From positions 640,001-704,000 of the forward strand of contig CBDANF010000002.1 in assembly GCA_965197475.1 (NCBI GenBank): a stretch of 64,000 bases of DNA. The letters are read 5' to 3'. Made by a program: the position numbers and the translations under genes. The stretch comes from Candidatus Poribacteria bacterium. Its GTDB lineage: Bacteria; Poribacteria; WGA-4E; WGA-3G. Of the stretch, positions 9,904 to 19,050 are shown piece after piece; position 1 is the first letter of the stretch; each line of letters begins with the position of its first letter. The notes under the pieces were generated by a model. The model had not been told where the DNA came from. It saw nothing but the letters and a program-made list of their open reading frames with translations, and made no database searches.

Positions 9904-10968
9904 TTAGTGTAAGACGCTGATGTCATCGGAGGAATGCACTGGATACGGGCTAATATCATAGTCACCATCCAGTGAAATATCGTCAACCATAACGATCTTA
10001 TCTAATAAAGCGGATTGGTGCATAGCGAAAATAGTTTGGATGATATGTAGGTTACTGCGCCCATCTGTAAGCGGCTTTTTGCCCGTTTGCAAACATTCAA
10101 GAAAGTGAACCATTGCGTTCCCGAAGGCATCAGGAAACCAAGTTCCTTCTATCTCAGGTTTAATCTCTCGTGTTTTGGGTTCTGTGAGATGAACAGTCAT
10201 ATCTGCGCTGTTTCCGTAAATTGCACCTTTAGTGCCTTGAATGCGAATCTCCTCGTGTGGATGTTGGAGGTTGTGCCCAGAATTCGCGAGGAATGCCCAA
10301 TTGCATGAGAGCAACCCTTTTACACCGTTACGACATTTAAAAAGAGCAACAGAAATTGTCTCTCCTGCTTCAACCGAATGTTCGTGTCCATGTGCTTGGC
10401 AATAAACGCTTTCATATTCACCGAACCATTTATGGACAAGACTGATGTGATGTACTTGCATTACAGGGATGAGATGTTTTCCCGGGTAGGCGGTATAAAA
10501 TCCGTTGCATGTAATGGAAACGTGGTAGATTTCGCCGAGGTGTTCGGCGTTAATATACGGTTGAATGGCAAGAAATCCAGGTACAAAACAAGAGTTTTGG
10601 TTTATCATCAGTTGCACGTTGTGCTTCTCACATAAGTCTACCATTTCAACTGCTTGGCGCATCGCCATTGAAAAGGGTTTTTGGCAAAAGATGTGTTTTT
10701 CTGCTTGTGCGGCGGCATTCACAATAGGAGCGCGTATCCACGGGTGGACTGCCATGTCAACTATGTCAACAGCCTCATCGGCAATCAGGTCGGTAATCCG
10801 GGTATACCGTTTGCGGATGTCAAACCTATCGCCTACTTCATTCAATCGCGCTTCGTCTTTATCACAGATCGCAGCGACCCGTAGGTTCTTACGTTGATAT
10901 CCGTGTAGGTGTTGTTGTCCTATCCCTAAGCCTATTAGCCCGATACCGAGGTCTTGCAAGTTTGCCAC
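9904..10968 (-). CDS. Gfo/Idh/MocA family oxidoreductase
   Basis: GLIGLGIG Rossmann motif; HIFCQKP. Confidence 0.9.
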   Translation of the reverse strand: MANLQDLGIGLIGLGIGQQHLHGYQRKNLRVAAICDKDEARLNEVGDRFDIRKRYTRITDLIADEAVDIVDMAVHPWIRAPIVNAAAQAEKHIFCQKPFSMAMRQAVEMVDLCEKHNVQLMINQNSCFVPGFLAIQPYINAEHLGEIYHVSITCNGFYTAYPGKHLIPVMQVHHISLVHKWFGEYESVYCQAHGHEHSVEAGETISVALFKCRNGVKGLLSCNWAFLANSGHNLQHPHEEIRIQGTKGAIYGNSADMTVHLTEPKTREIKPEIEGTWFPDAFGNAMVHFLECLQTGKKPLTDGRSNLHIIQTIFAMHQSALLDKIVMVDDISLDGDYDISPYPVHSSDDISVLH

Positions 10969-11179
10969 GTTTTTTGTAATTCCTTTGTCTGAACCAAGAT
11001 TTACGAATCAACGCCGAATGCGCTTGTGGCATTCGGCGGGATTATCGGATTTCCAAGATTGTTTTGTTCTCTTGATTGAAGTTTGTTTCTTGTGTAGGAA
11101 CGGTTTTAAACCGCGATTTATCGGCGTTGAAAACGCCTCCCACAAGAAAGAATATCTCTAAATTGACTCCTTTGATATT

Positions 11180-12442
11180 TCAAATCCCCAAACCATCGTC
11201 AATTTCACGCTGATAGGTATTGATGGATTCATCTAACATCTTGTCTAAGTGCACAATTTGACCGGTTGCACCGGATTCAAGCATGGCGTAAGAGATTGCA
11301 ACGGAACGTGTGCCTTGATATGCGTCTACTTCAATAGGACGGTTACCAGCAATTGCTTCCGCAAAATCACCATACTCAATTGCGATGATCTTTGCATCGG
11401 TATTTGAAAAAGGGAAATCGTATTGCCACAGGCGGTCACCACCGAATAGGTCGGTTGTAACTGCATCAAGGTGGAAATATGGAACGAGGTCCAAGAGTCT
11501 CTTATCGTTAATGGTTCCTTGCCCATCAATCTGTAGGGAGATAACCCTACCGCTTCGGTCACCGGGGAGCGTCATTGAACCTTGGGAACCGTGAATCTGA
11601 CGTGCCCAGCTGCCTTGTCCCCACGCGCCGTGGTCTTCAATATACTGCCCAACGACTCCGCTTTTGAAAGTCAACGTTGCATAGGCTGCATCTTCCGCTG
11701 TTGCTTCAAATTCAGCAGGCATTTTACGCTGCCATTCCGTATAAACCCCCGCGGGGTTTGACCCGGATTCGCCTGTCACCGCAGCGGGATTGTGTCGGAT
11801 AGGTTCATGAAGTCGCGTTTGCGCGTAGACGGTTTCAACCTCACCGAGTAGATACTCAATCATGTCAGCATAGTGGACACCAACATCAAGTAGAACGCCG
11901 CTTTGATCTTTCTGATGCCGCCAAACTGAGATAAGCATGCGGTTTGTGCCGCCGATTGCATGGTGGATAAGAAAGCGCGGTTTACCGATAACTTCCGCGT
12001 CAAGCAGTGCTTTGGCAAGCCGATTGATAGGGTCGCGCCGATAGTTTTCTGCGACACTTAACACAGCATCGGACTTTTTCGCAGCATTACGGATTAAGTT
12101 ACACGCGCGAACGGTTAGTCCTATCGGTTTTTCAACCATTGTATGCCATCCGCGTTCAAGTGTCTCAACTGCAACAGTATGGTGATAGGGTGGCGTTGTT
12201 GTCACATCAACTGCATCAATGCCGACTTCAGCCAATTCTTCAAGATTTCCAACAACAGCGGGTTTTTTACCGAAACGTTCTTCTGCTTGTTTCGCGAGAG
12301 ATTCGGCATTAGCCAGAACAGGGTCGCATGCACCGACAAGATCAAACCGCTCCCATCCTGCCCGATAGAGTTCTGCCAACCCGTACATGTGCCGATGCCC
12401 CATACCGCCACATCCCACAATTGCCAATCGAATTGTATCCAT
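11180..12442 (-). CDS. Gfo/Idh/MocA family oxidoreductase
   Basis: AIVGCGGMG, VEKP, GVLLDVGVHYAD. Confidence 0.9.
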   Translation of the reverse strand: MDTIRLAIVGCGGMGHRHMYGLAELYRAGWERFDLVGACDPVLANAESLAKQAEERFGKKPAVVGNLEELAEVGIDAVDVTTTPPYHHTVAVETLERGWHTMVEKPIGLTVRACNLIRNAAKKSDAVLSVAENYRRDPINRLAKALLDAEVIGKPRFLIHHAIGGTNRMLISVWRHQKDQSGVLLDVGVHYADMIEYLLGEVETVYAQTRLHEPIRHNPAAVTGESGSNPAGVYTEWQRKMPAEFEATAEDAAYATLTFKSGVVGQYIEDHGAWGQGSWARQIHGSQGSMTLPGDRSGRVISLQIDGQGTINDKRLLDLVPYFHLDAVTTDLFGGDRLWQYDFPFSNTDAKIIAIEYGDFAEAIAGNRPIEVDAYQGTRSVAISYAMLESGATGQIVHLDKMLDESINTYQREIDDGLGI

Positions 12443-12451
12443 GTCTTGTTC

Positions 12452-13963
12452 CTAATTGTTTAGTATAACTTCTAATCTCTTCAAATCAGCTTCCAATAGT
12501 GTTGCATCACTACGATATAGGTTTTGACGGTTTAACACCTTCTCAGCATATATTTTACCTCTGATCGGGAGAGGACCTTTTATTCTTACTTTTCCGGGAC
12601 CGACATTATACGCACCAAGTGCTAAGGTTAAATTATTGAGATATTTTTTTAATAGATAGTTGAAATAGGTTAATCCTGCTTCAAGGTTTTTCTGAGCGTC
12701 AAATCGTTCATCGACTATTCCATCAAGATTTGGTTTAAGCTTATTTGAGTACATCGGAACTTTCAAACCGAGTTCCCTGGCAGTTGAAGGCACCATCTGC
12801 ATTAACCCTCCTGCTCCAGTCTTTGACACAGCAAGGGGATTAAATTTAGATTCAACGTAAATGATGGCTAACATAAGTTCTATAGAAATATTGTGTTTTT
12901 TCGCAATTTGAATGCTCTTCTTTTCTGAAGAACTTAGGGTAGGTTCAACTTTTTTAGGTTTCGAATTATCAGGTGTCTGCGGTGTCACACTGGAAGTTGT
13001 GCCGCTTGATGTAGGTTCAACTTTTTCGGTTTTATGCTTATAAGATGTTTGTTGCGTTTCCCCAAAAGTGAGACCAATTGAGAGTAGATGTTTATACTTA
13101 AGATTCTCTTGATTCAAATAAGTATAATAGGTTTGTTTTCCCCAGTTTTTGAATGATAGTCCTAAACTCCAGGATTGGGCAAATGCGCCAGCATCAAAGG
13201 AAAAAAGCGAACCAACGTTAGCGGAAAGAGGACCGGTTACGATTTCAAAACTTGTACCGAAGGCGGGTGAGGTAACATCAAAGCACGTATGCCATCTAAT
13301 AACTTGATGGGGTATCAGAGTTGTTCCTAATGCAAATTGTGGGTCGAAGGTTTTCAAAACTATACCATTTTCATCTTGAATGGATACACCGCTAATGTCG
13401 CGGAACTGCATTCCTACAACCGCGTGAGGGGAAAGCGTCATCAGTGCCCCAACATCATAATTTGGTGCCCAGTGACTGTTCTTATAAGGTGCACGACTAA
13501 ATCCGGTGCTTGCCCCAAGCTGCACCGGTCCGAGTTTCCTTGCATAAGAGAGTAAGGCTTGATTGTAACCTAACTCAAATGTACCGATAGGGTTGGAAGT
13601 GTGGTTTACAAGGAAACGGTCAGAAGTGTTGAAATCAAGGAGGTTAACACCGAAAGTTCCAATCGGTTTAATAGGATAGGCGATAGAAAACGCACCTTGT
13701 GAGAGATCGTAAATCAGGTTTCCACGGTCGAGAGATGCGAGTCCTGCAGAATTCCATAGCGGGCTTGTTGCATCATCTGCCCCACTAATAAACGCACGAC
13801 TCAATCCGAGTCCACGCGTTCCAATTATAGGTCTCGGTTCAGATGTGCCAATTTCGGACAGCTCGTTGAGCGATTCTGAACATGCGTTCTTCTCGCAGAG
13901 AAAACCCGTGAATAAGAGGAGCAAGATGGCTATGAAGAACCATCTTCGTTCACGGGAGCTCAA
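12452..13963 (-). CDS. PorV/FadL-like outer-membrane barrel fused to a C-terminal SLT lytic transglycosylase (start uncertain, 13963 or 13984)
   Basis: Hydrophobic leader; GTRGLGLSRAF...ADDATSPLWNSAGLA; amphipathic beta strands; AIIYVESKF, GAGGLMQ, AYNVG. Confidence 0.75.
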   Translation of the reverse strand: MSSRERRWFFIAILLLLFTGFLCEKNACSESLNELSEIGTSEPRPIIGTRGLGLSRAFISGADDATSPLWNSAGLASLDRGNLIYDLSQGAFSIAYPIKPIGTFGVNLLDFNTSDRFLVNHTSNPIGTFELGYNQALLSYARKLGPVQLGASTGFSRAPYKNSHWAPNYDVGALMTLSPHAVVGMQFRDISGVSIQDENGIVLKTFDPQFALGTTLIPHQVIRWHTCFDVTSPAFGTSFEIVTGPLSANVGSLFSFDAGAFAQSWSLGLSFKNWGKQTYYTYLNQENLKYKHLLSIGLTFGETQQTSYKHKTEKVEPTSSGTTSSVTPQTPDNSKPKKVEPTLSSSEKKSIQIAKKHNISIELMLAIIYVESKFNPLAVSKTGAGGLMQMVPSTARELGLKVPMYSNKLKPNLDGIVDERFDAQKNLEAGLTYFNYLLKKYLNNLTLALGAYNVGPGKVRIKGPLPIRGKIYAEKVLNRQNLYRSDATLLEADLKRLEVILNN

Positions 13964-14768
13964 GGTGACGCGCTGGGTTTTCACTTTTGCCTTTGTATCT
14001 GACTTCAAAATGGAGGTGGGGGCCTGTTGAATGCCCAGTATCTCCGGACAAGCCGATAACCTGACCTTGTTGTACAATATCGCCGACGGATACATAAATT
14101 CTTGACATGTGCCCATACGCTGTAGAGAAATCATCTTGGTGTTGTATGACAATTGTTTTTCCATAACCACCTTTTCTTGCAGCATAGGTAATCCTGCCTG
14201 TTTTTGATGCATATACCCGTGTACCAGTGGCTGCACGGAAGTCTATGCCTTCGTGCAGAAGGTAGCGACCCGATATTGGGTGGTGGCGATAACCGTACCT
14301 TGATGTTACCTGTAAACGAGTTCGCAACGGTTTGGCAAAACCGACACTTTCATCACCCGGGATAAAGATTTTCTGACCGATTCTGAGTCGTTTAGGCTTG
14401 GAGATACCGTTTATCCGTTGAAGTTTCTTCCAGTCCTTAATATTATGCTTTCGGGCAATACCATATAATGAGTCACCGTCTTTAACGACATACCAAGTTC
14501 CACCTGAATTCTCAGTCGCATTTACGGGCTTAGTTCCGATTGGGATTACTAACTTTTCTCCAATTTGTAGGCGGTCTAAAGAAACAAGACTGTTGGTCTG
14601 GGCAATGGATTTCATGGGCACATCGTATTTTCTGGCAATCTGAGACAACGTCTCCCCTTTTTTGACCTTATGTAGCATTCCAATACATGAAGATGTCCAC
14701 GATGTTGAAACAAAAACCATACATAAAACGGTTATAATTACTTGAATATGTTTTCTTTTCAATTTCAT
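13950..14768 (-). CDS. LysM (x2) plus M23 family peptidoglycan endopeptidase
   Basis: HKVKKGETLSQIA and YVVKDGDSLYGIA LysM motifs; HEGID, YGHMS, GPHLHFE. Confidence 0.92.
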   Translation of the reverse strand: MKLKRKHIQVIITVLCMVFVSTSWTSSCIGMLHKVKKGETLSQIARKYDVPMKSIAQTNSLVSLDRLQIGEKLVIPIGTKPVNATENSGGTWYVVKDGDSLYGIARKHNIKDWKKLQRINGISKPKRLRIGQKIFIPGDESVGFAKPLRTRLQVTSRYGYRHHPISGRYLLHEGIDFRAATGTRVYASKTGRITYAARKGGYGKTIVIQHQDDFSTAYGHMSRIYVSVGDIVQQGQVIGLSGDTGHSTGPHLHFEVRYKGKSENPARHLELP

Positions 14769-14945
14769 ACCTATTTAGTTATGCTAGCTAGAACCTATCT
14801 GATAATTTAAATAAATAGTGCTAATAGACCCTTGCCTACGCTTTTTGAGACTAAACCTAATTTGTGTAATGACAGATGTACAATAAATTGTATATAAAAC
14901 GAATCTATGTCCTTCTTATAGTTGCAATTTCCTATAACTGACATG

Positions 14946-15467
14946 TTATTCACGAACTACCTGGAGTAATATCTCTGCAGTATCTGAAAAAATTTGAGTA
15001 TCGGTTTGAATTCCAGAAGCACCGACTGAAACGACCTCGCTGATAACGGTCACAACAAGCTGGAGAACTTCGACCCGAGTGTTAACCTCACCTAATGTGT
15101 CAGGTGCTGTCCATGTAACTGGGTTGTCGTTGGTGGAAGACAGCGTCCCATATCCGGTAATGTTTAGCCAATTTAATACGACACTCGTCCCTCTAACACC
15201 TTGCACTGAAGCAGTTAACTCCACCTGTTCACCCGGTTTCACCGTTTTTTTCGTAACCGTTACTGTTACATCAAGTTCACCCGCTTCCTCCATATTCTCA
15301 CTATTTTGGGTGCCTTCTAATTCAACGATAGTATCGCCAGACTCCTCCATTGTATCAGTGTTAGATACAGGGTTTTTCAGGTTACTACCTCCGCAACCTG
15401 AGATACTTAAAACTAATCCAACAAGGAAAAAACTAAAAAATAAACCACGAAATAGAGATGTTCTCAT
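14946..15467 (-). CDS. Putative lipoprotein with Ig-like domain
   Basis: GGAG RBS; lipobox ISGC; beta-rich C-terminus. Confidence 0.7.
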   Translation of the reverse strand: MRTSLFRGLFFSFFLVGLVLSISGCGGSNLKNPVSNTDTMEESGDTIVELEGTQNSENMEEAGELDVTVTVTKKTVKPGEQVELTASVQGVRGTSVVLNWLNITGYGTLSSTNDNPVTWTAPDTLGEVNTRVEVLQLVVTVISEVVSVGASGIQTDTQIFSDTAEILLQVVRE

Positions 15468-15954
15468 GACTCCACCCTCTTCTGTGTTTGAGGCAACAGA
15501 ACGCTTGCGCGCGACCTATCAGATTTCTGTCTCCGTAGACAAACATACTTCCGGTTTTAAGCACCATGCGACATTGTCAAGTTAAAACCTTTGTATAAAA
15601 TCTAACTCAATATAACTATACTTTGGACAATTTTTAGTGTTTTTATCTGACAGCTTGGTTTATGCAACCTCTTAGGGATTAAGACAAGCTCATCCTTATT
15701 ATACCTGTCGCCCCGCTGGGGCTGCCTTTGCTGAACCTATAATAGTTTTCTGTGAGTTACAACTTCGCACAAAACTCGTAGAAAATACTTGAGAACACAA
15801 CATGAAACAGACAGAAATTGTCCAAACTTTGTAAGTTAATATATATAAAGTACGTTAAATTATTAACGGAAACGCAGAAAGACGGTTACAAAAAGCGGGT
15901 GAGAACACAAAAAGGAATTCGGCAGGAACAGTTTATTCCTGCCGAATCAATAGG

Positions 15955-16734
15955 TTATTTTGCTATGTTTTCCAACTGTTCGCGCAGAAAGGCGAGAATG
16001 TTCGCTATATCCTGGTCGCTAAGGATGTCGGAGGCATAAAAAGGCATAAGTTGACTGCCGCCGCCGCGGATCGTTTTAGCCCAGCGAACCATCGTTTTAT
16101 TAATATCGCGCGGTGCTCTAATACCGATGATCCGAATACCGATACCTGCTTTGAAAGGTGTTGTGTGGCAAACGACGCAGGTACGTCCGAAAAGTTGCCA
16201 TCCCTTTTTCGCATCACCGGACATGGCAGCAATTTTCTCACCGGCTGCCATTTTGGCATCATCATCTAACATTTCAATTTCAAATTGTGGGCCTTTGTTG
16301 TCTCCAGAAATAGCTTCAAAATAAGCCATGAGTGCTTCCGCATGTTCCGCTGGAATCGCAGTAGGGTTAACTTTAGCGGGAGCGATCTTCTGCAAAAAGT
16401 GCTGATAACAAAAACCACCACCACCTGCAGCACGTGCAAAATCAGCACCTGAAATCATTCCGCCCTTTGCTGAACCGCGCTGTGGAACGCCGATGACACT
16501 ATGTCCGGCACGAATTAAACCGTCCGGTTTTGCGGCATCATCAAAATCAGCATGGCAATCTGAACAAGAAAGCCCTGTTATACTTTTTGGTTTGAGAGTT
16601 CCCTTAAACGTTGGATCATTGAAAAGTTCGCGTCCAAGCTGCGCTTTGTCTGACATCTGTTGTGCTTGTGTTAAAAACACTAACAATGTTATCAGAAGAA
16701 TTACGCCAATTGAAAACGAAACAAATTTACGCAT
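15955..16734 (-). CDS. Periplasmic di-heme c-type cytochrome (TsdA/SoxA-like topology)
   Basis: Signal peptide; CSDCH and CVVCH; extra Cys (FCYQH) and MP motif. Confidence 0.8.
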   Translation of the reverse strand: MRKFVSFSIGVILLITLLVFLTQAQQMSDKAQLGRELFNDPTFKGTLKPKSITGLSCSDCHADFDDAAKPDGLIRAGHSVIGVPQRGSAKGGMISGADFARAAGGGGFCYQHFLQKIAPAKVNPTAIPAEHAEALMAYFEAISGDNKGPQFEIEMLDDDAKMAAGEKIAAMSGDAKKGWQLFGRTCVVCHTTPFKAGIGIRIIGIRAPRDINKTMVRWAKTIRGGGSQLMPFYASDILSDQDIANILAFLREQLENIAK

Positions 16735-16867
16735 CAAAAAATCTCCTTAAAATCTTCAAAAAAATATACTTTTTGAAAAGTTTATCAAAATTAAAATAAA
16801 TTGTCAAGAAAAAACTGCATAATTACCAACCAATTTTCGTTAATTCCAAGAATTCTTACAGTTTTTA

Positions 16868-17419
16868 TTATTTCGAACACTGTGATGTGCTTTCTAAGAC
16901 AGCAATGTATGGCAAATTTCGATATAATTGTCCATAATCAAGCCCGTATCCTACGACAAAAACATTCGGAATCTCAAAACCGGAATAATCAACTGGGACA
17001 GAAACTTGACGTCGAGATGGTTTATCAAGAAGGGTACATATCTTAATCGTTTTCGGGTTTAAGGTTTGGAGATGTTTCACGAGAAACTTCAAGGTCTGTC
17101 CCGTGTCAATAATATCCTCTACAATGAGGACATTCCTATGTTTAATATAATTGCTCCCCGCTCGGATAAACTCAATATTTTTCGATGGTTCCGTACTATC
17201 GTTGTAACTTGAGGTTTGCAAGAACTCAAACCGTAGTGGTAGGGATATTTCACGCACGAGATCCGCGAAAAACAGAGTTGCTCCTCTGAGTACGCAAACA
17301 AGGACAAGTTCCTGGTTCTCATAGTCTTTAGATATCTGGCTACCAAGTTCCCGAATCCGCTCCCGAATCTGTGATTCAGAGATAAGAACAGTTTCAGGAA
17401 ACGATTTCATCTTTTCCAT
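16868..17419 (-). CDS. hpt: Hypoxanthine phosphoribosyltransferase
   Basis: VLIVEDIIDTGQTL PRPP motif, LLDK, FVVGYGLDY; overlaps the tilS stop. Confidence 0.95.
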   Translation of the reverse strand: MEKMKSFPETVLISESQIRERIRELGSQISKDYENQELVLVCVLRGATLFFADLVREISLPLRFEFLQTSSYNDSTEPSKNIEFIRAGSNYIKHRNVLIVEDIIDTGQTLKFLVKHLQTLNPKTIKICTLLDKPSRRQVSVPVDYSGFEIPNVFVVGYGLDYGQLYRNLPYIAVLESTSQCSK

Positions 17420-18809
17420 AATGTACGTGAAGACACTTTTGTGTTTGCGGTTGGATTTTGAACCTATCACTGGTAGTAAACCCGATGACCCACAAAATTT
17501 CATCACCGCTGACGAGTACTGGGATGCGATTGCGTTCGCAGCCTGGTACTTTGGCATCTATCAAAAAATCCTTAATCTTTTTTCTTCCTTCCATCCCATG
17601 GGGCTGAAATCTGTCCCCTTGTCGTCGATTGCGAACCGTCAGTGGTAATTTTATCTCATCATAATCGAACATTGCTTCAAAGACACCATCTGCTAAGGTG
17701 ATTTCATCGCCTGGTCCGATGTCGTATAAATATGCTGTGATTTCTGCATTTAATGTGGGGATAAACGTTTGACCCGATACGTTTAGCGCATAGGCAAAGT
17801 CTTCCGTTTCAATAGGTGTTTTCTCAAAATTTAGTTGCTGATATGCACGTTTGAACTGAAAACCGTTTGGAAGTACTAATACAGCATTCGGTTTATCCCC
17901 ATTGATGAGGTCAAGAATTGCTTGGCAGTGCTCAAATGAGAAATCGCTCACTTGTCCGAATATTTCAGAGATGCTGTGCCTTAGAATTCGTCTTTGCAAT
18001 ACAATGTGGTACTGTAGAAATTTTTCCCTATCTAACACAACGCTTGTAGGTTGAGAAAGTGAAAGTCTGCAGACATCAAATGCCGCACGCGCAATTGTGT
18101 CAAGGTATGTCGATTCAGCACCTAAAATTTCAGCGGTTCGGTTTAATGCTGTCCTGATATTTGGATTATAGTTCTGTTCAAGCAGCGGTATCAACTCATG
18201 ACGGATTCGGTTGCGGAGATAACGTTTATCTGTATTCGTTGCATCCTGTCTTGGCACGAGGTCTATTGACGTAAGAAATGATTCGATTTCTTGACGAGTA
18301 AACCTTACGAGGGGACGAATGAACTTTCCATCTCTGATAGGTGCAATCCCTTTTAATCCGTTTGATCCCGTGCCACGAATTAGATTCATCAGAACTGTTT
18401 CGGCAATATCGTCTTGGTGATGCCCGAGGGCAATTTTGGTTGCGCCTACTTGCACACAGACAGATTCATAAAATTCGTAACGCGCTCTACGACCTGCAGC
18501 CTCTACAGAAAGTTTCCACTGTTTTATTAGATGTGGTAATTCAACGGAGTGTCCCGTAAAAGGCAACCCTAAACGCACAGCATGCTCACGAACAAATTCA
18601 GCGTCTGCGGCAGAATCATGCCTGAGACCGTGGTCAAGGTGAACAACGTGGAGGTGGCAGTTTAGATGTGTTTGTAGAGATTGCAACCCGTAAAGTAGTG
18701 CAAGCGAATCAGCACCACCTGAGACTGCAATGAGCACCGTTTCACCGTCCTTAATCATGGTGTGCTGCGAAATGAAACGATGCATCTCTTGCACAAAACG
18801 GGCTTCCAT
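17394..18809 (-). CDS. tilS: tRNA(Ile)-lysidine synthase
   Basis: AVSGGADS, ARYEF, GHHQDD, RNRIR, C-terminal TilS domain. Confidence 0.95.
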   Translation of the reverse strand: MEARFVQEMHRFISQHTMIKDGETVLIAVSGGADSLALLYGLQSLQTHLNCHLHVVHLDHGLRHDSAADAEFVREHAVRLGLPFTGHSVELPHLIKQWKLSVEAAGRRARYEFYESVCVQVGATKIALGHHQDDIAETVLMNLIRGTGSNGLKGIAPIRDGKFIRPLVRFTRQEIESFLTSIDLVPRQDATNTDKRYLRNRIRHELIPLLEQNYNPNIRTALNRTAEILGAESTYLDTIARAAFDVCRLSLSQPTSVVLDREKFLQYHIVLQRRILRHSISEIFGQVSDFSFEHCQAILDLINGDKPNAVLVLPNGFQFKRAYQQLNFEKTPIETEDFAYALNVSGQTFIPTLNAEITAYLYDIGPGDEITLADGVFEAMFDYDEIKLPLTVRNRRQGDRFQPHGMEGRKKIKDFLIDAKVPGCERNRIPVLVSGDEILWVIGFTTSDRFKIQPQTQKCLHVHYGKDEIVS

Positions 18810-18831
18810 GAGGTGGGCCTTCAAAGAACAA

Positions 18832-18903
18832 TGCCGGTGCGGAGAGTTGAACTCCGGACAGCACGATTATGAGTCGTGTGCTCTACCACTGAGCTACACC
18901 GGC
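18832..18903 (-). tRNA. tRNA with CAT anticodon (Ile2 or elongator Met)
   Basis: GCCGGTG/CACCGGC acceptor, CACGA-CTCATAA-TCGTG anticodon arm, GTTCAA T-loop. Confidence 0.92.
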
Positions 18904-18922
18904 AAGTTAAAATCTATTTTTA

Positions 18923-18951
18923 AGTATAACACATGATTTTCTGAAAGTCAA
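18923..18951 (-). promoter_or_regulatory. Sigma70-type promoter for tRNA(CAT)-tilS-hpt
   Basis: TTGACT-N17-TATACT on the minus strand. Confidence 0.65.
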
Positions 18952-19013
18952 TAATTTTTTTGCCTGTTCTGTATGAGATGTTTTCACTATAATTATGGTC
19001 TTCGGTTTGGATA

Positions 19014-19042
19014 TTGCGAATTATGGATAATCGTGATATAAT
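19014..19042 (+). promoter_or_regulatory. Sigma70-type promoter of argG
   Basis: TTGCGA-N17-TATAAT with TG extension, ending 8 nt before the ATG. Confidence 0.6.
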
Positions 19043-19050
19043 TCTAAATT

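Noticed and set aside
13964-14236. N-terminal extension of the 594-aa SLT ORF
   Set aside because: Overlaps the conserved M23 domain on the same strand; the hydrophobic leader begins only near 13960.
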